Notes: generated by a model from the letters alone, not told the origin. Positions 1-8,498 are shown, counted from the first letter of the whole stretch. The stretch is 62,388 nucleotides of DNA, filler included, from Actinomycetota bacterium (GCA_013152275.1; 4 parts of 4 records of this genome joined end to end with filler, not necessarily neighbours in it), one strand, 5' to 3'. Program-made: numbers and translations.

Positions 1-970
1 TGGTGTCGAGGGTGTCGACGACGGTGGGGATGGTGTAGGTGGCGTCCCAGATGCGGGTTCCTGTGGGGATGCCGAACTCGGGTGCGGGTTCGAGCAGGGT
101 GCTGGTTTCGGCGATGAGGTGTCCTTGTGGGTCGAGGGTGATGGTGTCTCGCACCGATGGCGGCCGGTTGTAGGTGACCGCCAGGGTGACCGATCCGTCG
201 GATCCCCGATCGACGAGGGTGACGGGGAGTTGGGTGAAAACCTCGATGAGTGCCGCCCGAACACTTGGGCCGGGGTCGGCCTCTCGGAGCAGGTCGGTGG
301 CGAGGTGAAAGACCTGGATGTCCAACGGCAGGCTGCCGGCGCCTTGGCTCGCGTAGGCTTCGAGGGCGTCGCGGAGCCGGCCAGGGTCGGTGGGCCAGTC
401 GGTTTCGGCGAGGTCGTTGGTGACGCCGGTGAGCTGGCGGGTGAGCGTCTGGCCGACATGATCTGTCTTGTCGAAGCCGTACGCGTAGTAGGCGGCCTCG
501 ACCTCGGGATCGAAGAAGGTCGGCGTCCCGGCCGTGGTGACCAGTTGCACGAAGTCGCCCCTGCGCCACTCTTCCCGTGTGGTTGGGAGAAGGTACGCGA
601 CGTGGCCCTGCAGACCCAGTCTGTCACCCGGAGTCACTATGAGACTGACTTGTCCGGATCGGGTGTAGAGGAACGACCCTTCCGGGATCTCTTGGGGGGT
701 CGCCAGACGCGCCGCATACGCGATCTCGCCAAGCGTGGCCTCCACCCGGCTCGGACGTGACAGCACTACACCGGCAACCACCAGCACGACAGCCACAGCA
801 GCGACAACCGGTATGAGCCGGCGTCGCCTCCGTGCCCGTCGACCTGCCGGCCGTTCAGTTCCGATCGCCTGCTGCAGCATCGCCCAGGCACGTTGTTCCT
901 CGTCGTCGGTCGGCGTCGGATCACCGGCCAGCCGTCGAAGCTGCTCAAACGGGTCGTCGTTACGGTTCAT
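1..970 (-). CDS. Single-pass membrane protein downstream of ECF sigma, probable anti-sigma factor (CU044_5270-like); runs off window edge
   Basis: Not in the ORF track (no stop inside the window). Its ATG at 970 overlaps the sigma stop (TGATG). Translation MNRNDDPFEQLRRLAG...RRARRRRRLIPVVAAVAVVLVVAGVVL (short cytoplasmic N-terminus, one TM helix), then an extracellular domain with WPTDPGRLRDAL and PSVRAALIEVF, resembling CU044_5270-family motifs. Confidence 0.7.
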   Translation of the reverse strand, partial: MNRNDDPFEQLRRLAGDPTPTDDEEQRAWAMLQQAIGTERPAGRRARRRRRLIPVVAAVAVVLVVAGVVLSRPSRVEATLGEIAYAARLATPQEIPEGSFLYTRSGQVSLIVTPGDRLGLQGHVAYLLPTTREEWRRGDFVQLVTTAGTPTFFDPEVEAAYYAYGFDKTDHVGQTLTRQLTGVTNDLAETDWPTDPGRLRDALEAYASQGAGSLPLDIQVFHLATDLLREADPGPSVRAALIEVFTQLPVTLVDRGSDGSVTLAVTYNRPPSVRDTITLDPQGHLIAETSTLLEPAPEFGIPTGTRIWDATYTIPTVVDTLDT

Positions 971-1548
971 CACGTCTCATCACTGTTTTCGTCGAAGTCG
1001 CCCAAAAGGTTCCGAAGCCGGCCCCTGGCACGGCTGAGACGAGACTTCACCGTGCCCACCGCAACCCCGGTCGCCTCGGCGATCTCCCCATACGACAGAC
1101 CCGCCAACGCGTAAAGCGACACCACCTCGGCCTCCTCCCGGCGAAGCTGCCCGAGCGCCCCACGGATCACCCCATGAGCCGCATCGGCGTCGACCCTCCT
1201 GGCGGCCTCGTCGGCGAAGTCCGGCACGGTTGTCGGATTCCCCAGACGAAGCGTTGCCCGGCGACCACGCTCCCTACGCCGGTAATGGTCGGCGACCAGA
1301 TGCGCCGCGATCCCCAACAACCACGGCCGGGCACTCGGATGCGACACGTCGTAGCGGTGTCGGGACTCGAACGCCTCCACGAACACCTTCGCGGCCACAT
1401 CCGGCCCTTCTGGATACCCGAGCGTCCTCACCACATATCCATACACCGCCCCGTGGTGGCGACGAAACACGTCACCGAACCGTGACGGGTCAGACCACGA
1501 AGCCTCAATCATCTCCGCGTCAGAACCATCGATACCCATCCCACTCAT
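970..1548 (-). CDS. ECF RNA polymerase sigma-70 factor
   Basis: Region 2 (DVAAKVFVEAF..RHRYD...SARPWLLGIA) and region 4 (LSYGEIAEATGVAVGTVKSRLSRAR). Confidence 0.93.
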   Translation of the reverse strand: MSGMGIDGSDAEMIEASWSDPSRFGDVFRRHHGAVYGYVVRTLGYPEGPDVAAKVFVEAFESRHRYDVSHPSARPWLLGIAAHLVADHYRRRERGRRATLRLGNPTTVPDFADEAARRVDADAAHGVIRGALGQLRREEAEVVSLYALAGLSYGEIAEATGVAVGTVKSRLSRARGRLRNLLGDFDENSDET

Positions 1549-1593
1549 GCTGGCACAAGGGCGGCTTGCACGACCGTCACGCCAGCGAAACGG

Positions 1594-2157
1594 TCAGGAT
1601 CCCCAATAGGAGATCGACCGGGTGAGGTTGTTCATCCACGTCAGATTGTGTATCGAACCCGCCGGGTAGGTGTCCTCCCCCGACCCTTGACCTCCCGACG
1701 AGACATGATGCCGCAAGCGATAGCAGCCGTTCCACGAGGACGAGATCCGATCCGCCCACGTAGCCCCCGTGTTCCAATACCCGCCCGAACACGAGGATCC
1801 CACGACGCTGATCGAACTCCCGGAACCATTGAAACCATCGAAATGCACCCCGAGTGTGAACGATGCCACCGTCGCCGCCGCACCCCCCTCATCGGCCAGC
1901 AGTCCCGGCCCGGTCAACCCGGCATCAAACACGACAGAACCACCCGAAGCGAACGTCAACGCCTCCGCGAGCGTCGCGAAACACGTCGCCGCCGTCACCA
2001 CGAACTCCCCGTCCGGTCTCTCTCCAACCACCCGCACCACACAATGCGTCTCAGACCCAACCGCAGCCGACGCCACAGCAGGGATGTCGGCGACCACCAG
2101 CACAACAGCCAGAAGCACCACCGAAAGAGACACACGACCGAAACGTCCAAACGCCAT
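1594..2157 (-). CDS. Secreted protein with C-terminal beta/gamma-crystallin-like (peptidase inhibitor I36-like) domain
   Basis: GGAGG RBS before ATG 2157; Sec signal peptide MAFGRFGRVSLSVVLLAVVLVVADIPAVASA; C-terminal WADRISSSWNGC...NLTWMNNLTRSISY pattern. Confidence 0.55.
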   Translation of the reverse strand: MAFGRFGRVSLSVVLLAVVLVVADIPAVASAAVGSETHCVVRVVGERPDGEFVVTAATCFATLAEALTFASGGSVVFDAGLTGPGLLADEGGAAATVASFTLGVHFDGFNGSGSSISVVGSSCSGGYWNTGATWADRISSSWNGCYRLRHHVSSGGQGSGEDTYPAGSIHNLTWMNNLTRSISYWGS

Positions 2158-2185
2158 CACACACACCTCCACGGGTCCGTACAAG

Positions 2186-2218
2186 TATGTATTCGCGAAA
2201 CCGGCCTATCAGGTTCCC
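2186..2218 (-). promoter_or_regulatory. Putative ECF promoter GGGAACC-N16-CGAATACATA driving the leftward operon
   Basis: Both boxes are identical to the + strand copy at 2411-2443, with the same 16-nt spacer. Confidence 0.75.
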
Positions 2219-2248
2219 GGAACCCGCAACACGCGTCCGGCGAACAAC
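2219..2248 (+). promoter_or_regulatory. Third ECF promoter-like motif GGAACC-N16-CGAACAAC
   Basis: Back-to-back with the minus-strand copy (GGTTCC-C-GGAACC palindrome at 2212-2224); same spacing. Confidence 0.5.
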
Positions 2249-2410
2249 CAGTAGGCAGGAGGGACGGGCCCAAGCGTCGCAACCTCCACGGGTCGACGCC
2301 GCCCGCCCCCCTGCCAGCCCGGCCGGACGACCCACACACACCAAGCCAGAAACCGACGCCTCCGCCGACGGGAACTGGAGTTCCCCCCGCTGGCCGCCGG
2401 CTTTGTTGGC

Positions 2411-2443
2411 GGGAACCCAAAAGGCCTCTTCGACGAATACATA
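2411..2443 (+). promoter_or_regulatory. Putative ECF promoter GGGAACC-N16-CGAATACATA driving the rightward operon
   Basis: Exact match of both boxes to the 2186-2218 copy. Confidence 0.75.
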
Positions 2444-2495
2444 TGTGAAGTGTTTCCAACACAGATCCAAGACTCACGAATCTACAAGGAGAGGG

Positions 2496-3170
2496 ATGCC
2501 GGACTCCCTGCCTCGACCACGTGGTCGTGTTGTTGAAAGGAGATTGAAGTTGTTCACATCTACTCGTGGGAGGCGAGTTGCGCTCGCGCTGGCTGTCGCG
2601 CTGGTGCTGATTGCCGGGATGACGGCTACTCGGCCGAGAGCGGCGAGCGCCTATACGGACACGTTCTACAGCTATGACACCCTGCCGCCGAACTTGTACT
2701 TCTCGAGGGGCGGCAGCATCAACCAGAGCACTGGCGCGATCATGGGCACGCTCACCGCGTACGTGACCTATGACGGGTACCGCCACCGTATCACCATGGC
2801 CGCGGGGTCAGGGAATGGGACGTTGAATGACTGCACGAGCAACGCGGGTCCGGCTCCGGATGGTTACTACGGGCGCTCTGATGGCGACTCCAATTCGGAC
2901 CTGGTGTTCGAGGACAAGGAGTGGGGTGGGACTGTTATCCGCGGTTGGGTTTGGTACATGCGTAACAAACGGTGCGATGGGGGATCGTCGACCCTTCGCA
3001 CTGCCCTGTACATCCATTCGCAGGGGTACACGGGATGGCAGGACAGCAACTACGCCTCTCTTGGCTGCGTCAAGGTCAATCAGACCGATCGGAGCTGGTT
3101 GTCGACGGTGTACCGGATCTCCTATCAGTACTGGAACGACCGTCTGCACGTCTGCGGCAACGAGGTGTGA
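2496..3170 (+). CDS. Secreted L,D-transpeptidase-fold protein (Tlde1/DUF2778-like)
   Basis: C-terminal part of ORF 1863..3170. Start is ATG 2496 or TTG 2550, both with an AAGGAG RBS. Signal peptide RGRRVALALAVALVLIAG...AASA; motifs AGSGNG..DC..NAGPAPDGYY and RTALYIHSQG...YASLGCVKV (His...Ser-x-Gly-Cys). Confidence 0.65.
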   Translation: MPDSLPRPRGRVVERRLKLFTSTRGRRVALALAVALVLIAGMTATRPRAASAYTDTFYSYDTLPPNLYFSRGGSINQSTGAIMGTLTAYVTYDGYRHRITMAAGSGNGTLNDCTSNAGPAPDGYYGRSDGDSNSDLVFEDKEWGGTVIRGWVWYMRNKRCDGGSSTLRTALYIHSQGYTGWQDSNYASLGCVKVNQTDRSWLSTVYRISYQYWNDRLHVCGNEV

Positions 3171-3172
3171 CG

Positions 3173-4162
3173 ATGAGACGCGTGTGCTGGTTGGTCGTGT
3201 TTGTCATTCTGGCTGCAGGCTGTTCCGTCCAAGGTGCGCCGGCGTCGACGGTTCCGACAACGGTGGTCACGGTACCGGTGACAGCATCATCTACGACGCC
3301 GACGACCGTGGCTTCTTCGACGTCGTTGGTGCCACCAACGACTGCACCGGTCGGCAGTGAACTCATCACCGCGACCGGGAAGCCGGTGCCGACCTTCATA
3401 TCCGACGAGCATTTCTACTGCGGGTTCCTCGGTGACAAGATCTATCTCCGCCGAGACTACGACTACTTCGCCAAGGCGCATCCGGTGATCGCCGCAGTCG
3501 TGATCGGGGATATGGACGAGCTGGCCCGCCTGCTCGATGGCGGTGGTGATCCGAACGATCTGGACGAGCCGTACGCGGTGAGTGCGCTCACCGGCGCGAT
3601 CCAGTCGGACTGCGACGAGGCGATCGACCTGCTGTTGAAACACGGAGCCGATCCGAACCTGGCTGCGGCCGGCGACTACACGCCGGTGATGTGGGCGGTG
3701 AAACGACACAACCGTGAGCTGCTCCAACGTCTCGTCGACACCGGCGCAGACGTCAACGTGTTCAAAGCCGCTCAGGAGGATGCGGTGGCGATCAGCCTGG
3801 CAGTGACCGAGCGGGACCTCGAGTCGATGCGGATCCTCGTCGAGGCCGGCGCCGACGTCGACGTCGTCTCGATGGGGTCGACGCCGCTCCAGGCTGCTGT
3901 CGGCGCGGACTGGATGGAAGGGGTCGGGTTTCTCGTCGAGGCCGGTGCAGACACGACCGAGACGGTCCTCAGGACGTCAAGTGAGGACAACCGCGACCTG
4001 GTACTGCTGCGCTATCTGTTGGAACACGGAGCATCTCCTGAGTACATGTCCGATTGGGCGACCGGTCCGGGCGGCCCATGTCAAGGCTCCAACACTCTGA
4101 CTGCGTGTTTCGATGCGATCTGGCCTGAGGGTGCCGCAATCCTGCGGGACTATGGAGGTTGA
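3173..4162 (+). CDS. Ankyrin-repeat lipoprotein
   Basis: Lipobox LAAG-C, Thr/Pro-rich linker, ankyrin repeats (LLLKHGADPN, TPVMWAV, LVEAGADVD, TPLQAAV). Confidence 0.85.
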   Translation: MRRVCWLVVFVILAAGCSVQGAPASTVPTTVVTVPVTASSTTPTTVASSTSLVPPTTAPVGSELITATGKPVPTFISDEHFYCGFLGDKIYLRRDYDYFAKAHPVIAAVVIGDMDELARLLDGGGDPNDLDEPYAVSALTGAIQSDCDEAIDLLLKHGADPNLAAAGDYTPVMWAVKRHNRELLQRLVDTGADVNVFKAAQEDAVAISLAVTERDLESMRILVEAGADVDVVSMGSTPLQAAVGADWMEGVGFLVEAGADTTETVLRTSSEDNRDLVLLRYLLEHGASPEYMSDWATGPGGPCQGSNTLTACFDAIWPEGAAILRDYGG

Positions 4163-4165
4163 ACA

Positions 4166-4939
4166 ATGAAGAAACTACTGATCATCCTGGCTGCGGTCGC
4201 CATCCTCGGGGTCGGCGGCGCTGTCGCCCAGGGGTCGACACGCGCACCTGATCGGATCCCGGTTGCCGAGGTGACCCGGCAGCTGGACGCGTTCGAGGCC
4301 AGGCTGATGGACCAGGAGGACGCGATCGCCGCGTGCATGACGGTGAAGGGTTTCGAGTACATCCCGCATCTGCCGGCGGACTGGGTGATGGAACGCGCCG
4401 CGGAACTCGATTACGCGAGGGGTGGCAGCGGCGATGTGAACGTCGACGCGCCTGTCGATCCGAACGATGTGATCCTCGCACGGGTCACACCTGAGCAGGT
4501 CGACGCCTACCAGACTGCCTACTGGGGTGACGAGACTACACCCGGCTGCTACGACGTCACCTACGAACAGGTGTTCGGGGTCAACCGGGCCCGTCAGCTC
4601 GATGAGCTCGCCGCTGCCGCCGAGAAGGTCGATGCCGCCATGGCGACCGACCCGCGCATGATCAATGCACGCGCCACGTACGTCACCTGCATGCACGGCT
4701 ACGGGCTGGACGTCACCGGCATCGACGACGTGTACCGGATGGTGGACGAACGTCGAGAAGCCCTCGAGACCACTGCCGCCAAGAACGGGATCCTCCTCGA
4801 CCAGGTCACCGGCTACGCCGACTACACAGCATTCGAACAGGCCGCATACGACGCCCACGACGTCTGCGTCGTCGACTACCACACCGTCGAAGACCCCGTC
4901 AGAGCCGGGTACGTCGACAAATTCCTCAACCAACCCTGA
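4166..4939 (+). CDS. Secreted hypothetical protein with paired CMxxxG motifs
   Basis: GGAGG RBS; signal peptide MKKLLIILAAVAILGVGGAVA; IAACMTVKGFEY and YVTCMHGYG. Confidence 0.75.
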   Translation: MKKLLIILAAVAILGVGGAVAQGSTRAPDRIPVAEVTRQLDAFEARLMDQEDAIAACMTVKGFEYIPHLPADWVMERAAELDYARGGSGDVNVDAPVDPNDVILARVTPEQVDAYQTAYWGDETTPGCYDVTYEQVFGVNRARQLDELAAAAEKVDAAMATDPRMINARATYVTCMHGYGLDVTGIDDVYRMVDERREALETTAAKNGILLDQVTGYADYTAFEQAAYDAHDVCVVDYHTVEDPVRAGYVDKFLNQP

Positions 4940-4964
4940 CACCGGCAGGGGCCAGGACCCCAAT

Positions 4965-4995
4965 GGCCGGACTCGTCGTCTAGGCGAGTCCGGCC
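4965..4995 (+). terminator. Stem-loop after the rightward operon
   Basis: GGCCGGACTCG-N9-CGAGTCCGGCC, perfect 11-bp stem, no U-tract. Confidence 0.5.
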
Positions 4996-5711
4996 CGGGT
5001 ATGGGGCGCATTGCCTGTTGATCGAGCCGGGAGCCGCACGCCAGGCAGCCGTCAGGCGCTCGTGATGGAGGAGAGACAGGTGTCCCGTGATGTGGTGGAA
5101 AACGGGGGGATCCCCTTACCGGACCGCTGTGCGCGCCTGGGGCGGACTGTTGGTCCGTTGGTCGCAAGATGGAGCCCGGTGGCACCCAGCGCAGGCTGGT
5201 GTGGCCTTCCTGGAGGGATGCTGAGGATCGCCAATCTCATGTTCACGTGAAACTGATTGGCTGGGGCTCGGCCTCGCGACCACATTGCGTCCACATGATG
5301 ATCAAAACCAACGGGATCTAGCGCATGACGATGGGAACCGCAAAGGCGCTCCGCTCAGGCGCTTCATCGCCCTGGCCCTGACAGCCTGGGCCCCGAAGCA
5401 ACGCTCCGGAAACCTTCACACGGCAGAGGTCACTCATCCGATCCCTCTGACGCTCACCGTCAGGAAACCCTGGCTCATCAAGCGAGCATGCCTGCATTCG
5501 ACAATCAGTTGTCTGTGCACCGCCCCTGACGCTTTTCTCGACGAACCATCTGATGTCCGCTGGATGATCGTGGAGCGCGCAGGGGCAACGCCCGGCGACA
5601 GATTCCGATCCACCCTTCTGGCGTTGGACATCCGGGGTCCGTCGACTGTCACCTGATAGTGTGAGCAACCGTGGTGGCCAAGGAGAACCGGGTAATCGTC
5701 GGAGCCGGCAG

Positions 5712-7490
5712 GTGAGACGAGCTGCAGTGCTCGTGGGTGCGATGATCCTGGCCGCCTGTACCGGTCGGGCGGCGACGACCACCACCACCGCCACCGTGCC
5801 GGCGACCACCAGCGCATCGCAGCCGACGACGACCGTCCCAACCACCACCACGTCGGGACCGTCGACCACCACGACCACGACGATGGCACCGCCCGCCGAA
5901 CACCGGATCCAGGCACGGGTCGTCGACGGAAAGGGCGAGTTCTACGACACGGCGACCGGTGAACGCTTCGTGCCCCGCGGCATGAACTACAACCGGTTCC
6001 TCACGGCACGCGACGGCTCCACGGTCGACCTGCTGCTGTCGACCAACGCGTACGACCCGGCCACGGTAGACGAGGACCTCGCCGCCATGAGGTCGATGGG
6101 CTTCAACGTGGTGCGCGTCATGCTCGAAACCTGCGGCGTCCACATCAACGGCTGTATCACGGGAGCCGACGGGCGGCTCAACCCGGCCTACATGGACAAC
6201 GTGGTCGACTTTCTCCGCCGGGTCAAAGCACACGACATGTTTGTGATGGTCTCCTCCAACACCTTGCCGGACGACGGCTACTGGATCAACGCCACCGCCA
6301 GGCTCGCCAACGAGACCTTCGCCAGCGCCAACAATGAGTTCCTCAACCCCAAAGCCGTCCCCATCTATGTCGACTACTGGCGATCCGTCGTGCAGGCACT
6401 CGTCGACCGTGCCGCGCCGCTCGACGTAATCTGGGGCTACGAGCTCCGCCAGGAGCACTACTTCCACCTCGACTACGCGCCGCTCTCGCTCGACGAAGGC
6501 CTCATCACCACGGCGAACGGCGAGACCTACGACATGGCGAGCCGCGATGACAAGAACCGCATGGTCGACGAGGGGCTCACGTACTGGGCCGACCTGATCC
6601 GTACCGCGATCCGCGAGATCGACCCGACGGCGCTCGTGACGGTGGGCTTCTTCACCCCGAACGCACCCAACCCCGTCCGAGGGCCGGGCGCGACCCGGTT
6701 CGTGCGGACCGCCTACTTTCTGCGCAACTCCACGATGGACTTCTTCGACCTGCACCACTATCCGGGCAACGGCGTCGATGACGCCGACGTGTGGGAGAAC
6801 TTCGGTATCGCCAGCGTCGACGAGAAACCGATCGTGCTCGGCGAGTTGGGGGCGTACTACTCGTGGTTCTCGGATGCTGCCGGCGCTGCGGCCGCAATCA
6901 TGCGCATGCAGGTCGAGAGCTGCGAGGTCGGATTCCAGGGATGGCTCGTATGGTCGTGGCGGGGAGACAACTTCACCGACATCTGGTGGGCGAGCGACGG
7001 GGACGCCGAGATCGCCAGGGTCGTGTCTCCTGCCGAACGCCCCGACCCGTGTGCCTACCGCACGTTCGACTTCATCCGCTGGAACGTCGCTCTCGATGCA
7101 ACCGCGACCGCCTCGAGCGCCTATCCGTCGACCCCCGCGGGGTACGTCAACGACGGCACGCCCGCCCATTGGAACGCCACAGGTCGCGCGCCCCAGTGGG
7201 TCGAGCTCGCCCTTGCACAGCCGACCGACATAGAGACGATCCGCCTCGTCGTGGCTCAGGATCCTCCGGGTGCCTCCGTGCATGAGCTTTGGATCCGCCG
7301 ATCAGGCGGCAACCTCGAGCGTGTCCACGTGTTCGACGGCACGACCGCCGAGGGGGACATCCTCACCTACGAGCCACCGGAACCGTTGACGGCCGTCGAG
7401 CTGGTTCGCGTGGTCACAAAGCGCCTCGCAGGCGGCCTTGCCCCAGCATGGCACGAGATCGAGCTGCTCACACGTTCGAATCCCGACTGA
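5712..7490 (+). CDS. Lipoprotein glycoside hydrolase (GH5/clan A) with C-terminal discoidin/CBM32-like domain
   Basis: Lipobox LAA-C, poly-Thr linker, RGMNY, GFNVVRV, WGYELRQE, DFFDLHHY, KPIVLGELG, GWLVWSW; C-terminal NVAL..TATASS...VNDG...W...PQWVELAL...WHEIEL. Start GTG 5712 or 5661. Confidence 0.8.
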   Translation: MRRAAVLVGAMILAACTGRAATTTTTATVPATTSASQPTTTVPTTTTSGPSTTTTTTMAPPAEHRIQARVVDGKGEFYDTATGERFVPRGMNYNRFLTARDGSTVDLLLSTNAYDPATVDEDLAAMRSMGFNVVRVMLETCGVHINGCITGADGRLNPAYMDNVVDFLRRVKAHDMFVMVSSNTLPDDGYWINATARLANETFASANNEFLNPKAVPIYVDYWRSVVQALVDRAAPLDVIWGYELRQEHYFHLDYAPLSLDEGLITTANGETYDMASRDDKNRMVDEGLTYWADLIRTAIREIDPTALVTVGFFTPNAPNPVRGPGATRFVRTAYFLRNSTMDFFDLHHYPGNGVDDADVWENFGIASVDEKPIVLGELGAYYSWFSDAAGAAAAIMRMQVESCEVGFQGWLVWSWRGDNFTDIWWASDGDAEIARVVSPAERPDPCAYRTFDFIRWNVALDATATASSAYPSTPAGYVNDGTPAHWNATGRAPQWVELALAQPTDIETIRLVVAQDPPGASVHELWIRRSGGNLERVHVFDGTTAEGDILTYEPPEPLTAVELVRVVTKRLAGGLAPAWHEIELLTRSNPD

Positions 7491-7521
7491 CCTTTGCGGC
7501 CAACGCTCCGCCGGTGGGTGC

Positions 7522-7866
7522 TCAGATTCCGAGAGCCAGGCGGAGGCCGTCATCGACGGCTGTCATTGTGTCGCGAGCCAGCGTCGAGACATGTTGCGAG
7601 AGGTCTGTCTTGTTCAGCGTGACCACCTGGGACACGTTTACGACCGATTCCTTCGGCAGTTGCGAAGTCCGTTTCGAAAGCCGAACGTTTCCGGGGGCCG
7701 CAGCGAGGCGCAGGTTGGAGGTGATGACCGCCGCCATCACCGTTGCGATGTGGCTGTCGTTGAAGGCGTCGGCCTGGACCACGAGCACCGGGCGGCGTTT
7801 GGCCGGCGACGAACCCTTCGCCGTGCCCAGATCGGCCCACCAGATCTCACCACGGCGCATCACCAC
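7522..7866 (-). CDS. mazF: Type II toxin, PemK/MazF family endoribonuclease
   Basis: RRGEIWWADLG...KRRPVLVVQ...ITSN...SVVNVSQVVTLNK. Confidence 0.92.
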   Translation of the reverse strand: MVMRRGEIWWADLGTAKGSSPAKRRPVLVVQADAFNDSHIATVMAAVITSNLRLAAAPGNVRLSKRTSQLPKESVVNVSQVVTLNKTDLSQHVSTLARDTMTAVDDGLRLALGI

Positions 7867-8096
7867 TCCTCGTTGGCGATGATCTGTACCTGGGCAGCAG
7901 CGAGATCCGTGTCGATACCGGAAGGCTCATGTGCATACACCCCGTTCAGCGCCTCGGTCACCTGGTCGTCGGCGTGAGCATCGAGGTACTCGGCCAGTGC
8001 CTGCGCGTAGAGTCGGCTGCGGGCGATGCCGAGGCGTGCTGCGAGCTTCTCGGCGCGCCGGAACAGGTCATCGGGGAGCGACACGGCGGTCTTCAT
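7860..8096 (-). CDS. mazE: Ribbon-helix-helix antitoxin (MazE-type, actinobacterial)
   Basis: MKTAVSLPDDLFRRAEKLAARLGIARSRLYAQAL; overlaps the toxin start. Confidence 0.88.
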   Translation of the reverse strand: MKTAVSLPDDLFRRAEKLAARLGIARSRLYAQALAEYLDAHADDQVTEALNGVYAHEPSGIDTDLAAAQVQIIANEEW

Positions 8097-8103
8097 ACGA
8101 AGG

Positions 8104-8122
8104 AGTATAACCGCGGTCATAC
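8104..8122 (-). promoter_or_regulatory. TA operator palindrome overlapping a -10 box (TATACT); leaderless transcript
   Basis: GTATAACCGCGGTCATAC near-perfect palindrome at 8105-8122; TATACT lies 7 nt before ATG 8096. Confidence 0.65.
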
Positions 8123-8157
8123 CGACGCTCTCCCCATGGGCGACGGATCATGGTCGT

Positions 8158-8361
8158 TCACTCAGGGTCTCGGTCACCGATGAGTGCCGGTGCTCCGCCG
8201 TCATCGAGATAGTGGCGGATCGCGACACCGATCACCTTCGAGCGGCTGATCCACCGATCGAGACGGGTCGTGTCTTGGTCGAGTGCCGCGACCAAAGTGG
8301 CGGGCAGAAGGACCTCGATGCGTCGATGGGCCTGAGGGATGTGTCGTTTGGGTGCGTACAC
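8158..8361 (-). CDS. Small CopG/RHH-family DNA-binding protein
   Basis: RRIEVLLPATLVAALD...ISRSKVIGVAIRHYL fits the RHH pattern; GAGGAG RBS upstream of the GTG. Confidence 0.6.
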   Translation of the reverse strand: MYAPKRHIPQAHRRIEVLLPATLVAALDQDTTRLDRWISRSKVIGVAIRHYLDDGGAPALIGDRDPE

Positions 8362-8498
8362 GGTTGGGGTCTCCTCGCTCTACCCGCCGCCCCGTGCAGC
8401 GATCGTACGCCACGCACGCCGCGAAGGGGAGGGGGCTGCGAAGGGGTTGAATCCGACGAGAGGGACCGCATTCTGATCGGTCCGGACGGGAGCGCGTG

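Noticed and set aside
1863..2495. N-terminal extension of ORF 1863..3170
   Set aside because: Pro/Arg-rich shadow of the opposite-strand gene and the promoter region; the real start follows the promoter at 2411-2443.
4996..5660. ORFs 5011..5250, 5052..5294 and 5285..5656
   Set aside because: No recognisable motifs, RBS or typical codon pattern; may be decayed sequence, left uncalled.
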